Made by a program: the position numbers and the translations under genes | Notes under the pieces: model-generated | The model's database searches: none | What the model was told of the DNA's origin: nothing | The model's input: the letters and a program-made list of their open reading frames with translations, nothing else | Shown here: one piece after another, positions 63,058 to 64,000 of the stretch | Position numbering within the stretch: the stretch's first letter is position 1 | Layout: every line of letters begins with the position of its first letter | DNA from: Haplodiscus bocki | Lineage: Eukaryota | DNA length: 64,000 bases | Reading direction: 5' to 3' | Assembly (NCBI GenBank): GCA_965655095.1 | Contig: OZ296656.1 | Span: forward strand, 7,564,001 to 7,628,000

Positions 63058-63799
63058 AAATGTCGATTTGTAATGAGTGCAAAGTTTAGGGCAAGACTGT
63101 GTTGCGAATACGTTGAAGGTTAACTAGTTTTTAGGCCACAGTTTCATCTGTTTCACTGCCTTCGCTGAAACAGGCTCACTTCCTGTTTCTTTTGGAAGCT
63201 GGCACATCTACTGGGACTTCCTCTACGGCTTCCCAGTCAGTCAAGGGACATATTGGGCCTGGACTAGACGAGTCATCATTATCGTCAGCCATTGAAGAAA
63301 GTTGATCCCAGTCAACAACGTCCGATAGTTCGCCATCCGATAAAGGTGGTTGGTTGAAACCAGGATCTGTGCACGATGCTGAAATTGAAAGCGGACTTCA
63401 ACGAGCAGATAAGAAAGAACCACGCAAACGTTTACCATACGTGTTTAAAGGCCAATGAAAGTGTATCTGCTCTAGAAGTTTGACTCTACGCAAAGAAAAT
63501 TTTTGCTTTTGCCACAATTTACAAGAAGAAAGTAATATTTTGAGCATATCATGCAGAAAGCCACAAGGTTCCGGTCTCGCTGTAATTCGACGACTCAGAG
63601 TCCAGATCAGTAGTGGAAGAGGAGGAACTACTGGTGAAAAACGTCAAGTCACTATAGACTGACGAAGAATCGTAACCATTTGAGTACTCCAAACAGAAGA
63701 AAAAATGTGAAGAGTTTCCCAAAGGTTGTGGTTGGAGAAACCAAAGAATTGCAAACATTTTGAAACACCGACCTGTTTGTGGGTCTGTAGTTTCACTGA

Positions 63800-64000
63800 G
63801 GGTACTTCCCATTCTGTAGTGTCCAAATGCAAGTGAAGAAACACCATTAGCCAGAAGGAAGCGTTTGTTGTCAAATAACCTGACTGCCATTTTATCAATC
63901 TCACTGACTACAATTTGATGAGTGTGAACGCAACTGTGTCATTGTTCGGACAACTTTGTCTTTTGAGAACAGGCAGTGTCTAAACAAATCATGATGTAAA
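63800..64000 (-). pseudogene. Element B pPolB C-terminal end (continues beyond the window)
   Basis: FDNKRFLLANGVSSLAFGHY matches the end of A pPolB (LDNKRLNLEDGLQFFAYGHY). Confidence 0.85.

Larger units (their letters stand above)
54000..64000. mobile_element. Second Polinton/Maverick (element B), inverted relative to A, runs off the window end
   Basis: Same gene order as A on the plus strand; pPolB C-terminus on the minus strand at the right edge. Left boundary tentative. Confidence 0.93.

Noticed and set aside
37171-64000. A and B as one giant palindromic element
   Set aside because: A has its own paired TIRs and TSD, and the two copies are strongly diverged.

Overview
AT-rich eukaryotic (metazoan, probably invertebrate) genomic DNA with two assembly gaps. 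A small island of three intact, intron-containing housekeeping genes on the minus strand (COPS4, NAA38/LSMD1, UBE2V; about 16.7-27.7 kb) is surrounded by decayed mobile DNA. (1) 1-6.9 kb: remnant of a Polinton/Maverick with a protein-primed PolB carrying a Vsr-like insertion, plus an inverted duplication. (2) 10.3-15.4 kb: degenerate Ty1/copia retrotransposon. (3) 31.6-36.5 kb: near full-length CR1-like LINE with a PHD-finger ORF1, an APE-RT ORF2 and an extra upstream SGNH-esterase-like ORF. (4) 37171-53183: a complete, mutationally inactivated 16-kb Polinton/Maverick endogenous virus with AGTAGT termini, about 45-bp TIRs and a perfect 6-bp TSD (GACAAG). (5) About 54.0 kb to the window end: a second, related but divergent Polinton in the opposite orientation. 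The two related Polintons share the order PLA2-like, 2-TM protein, ATPase, PZ, ORF, integrase, minor capsid, PW, major capsid, protease, convergent with pPolB. Both have a PHD finger fused to the integrase N-terminus and no C-terminal chromodomain, which is the most unusual signal in the window. All calls come from reading motifs by eye; no database search was run.
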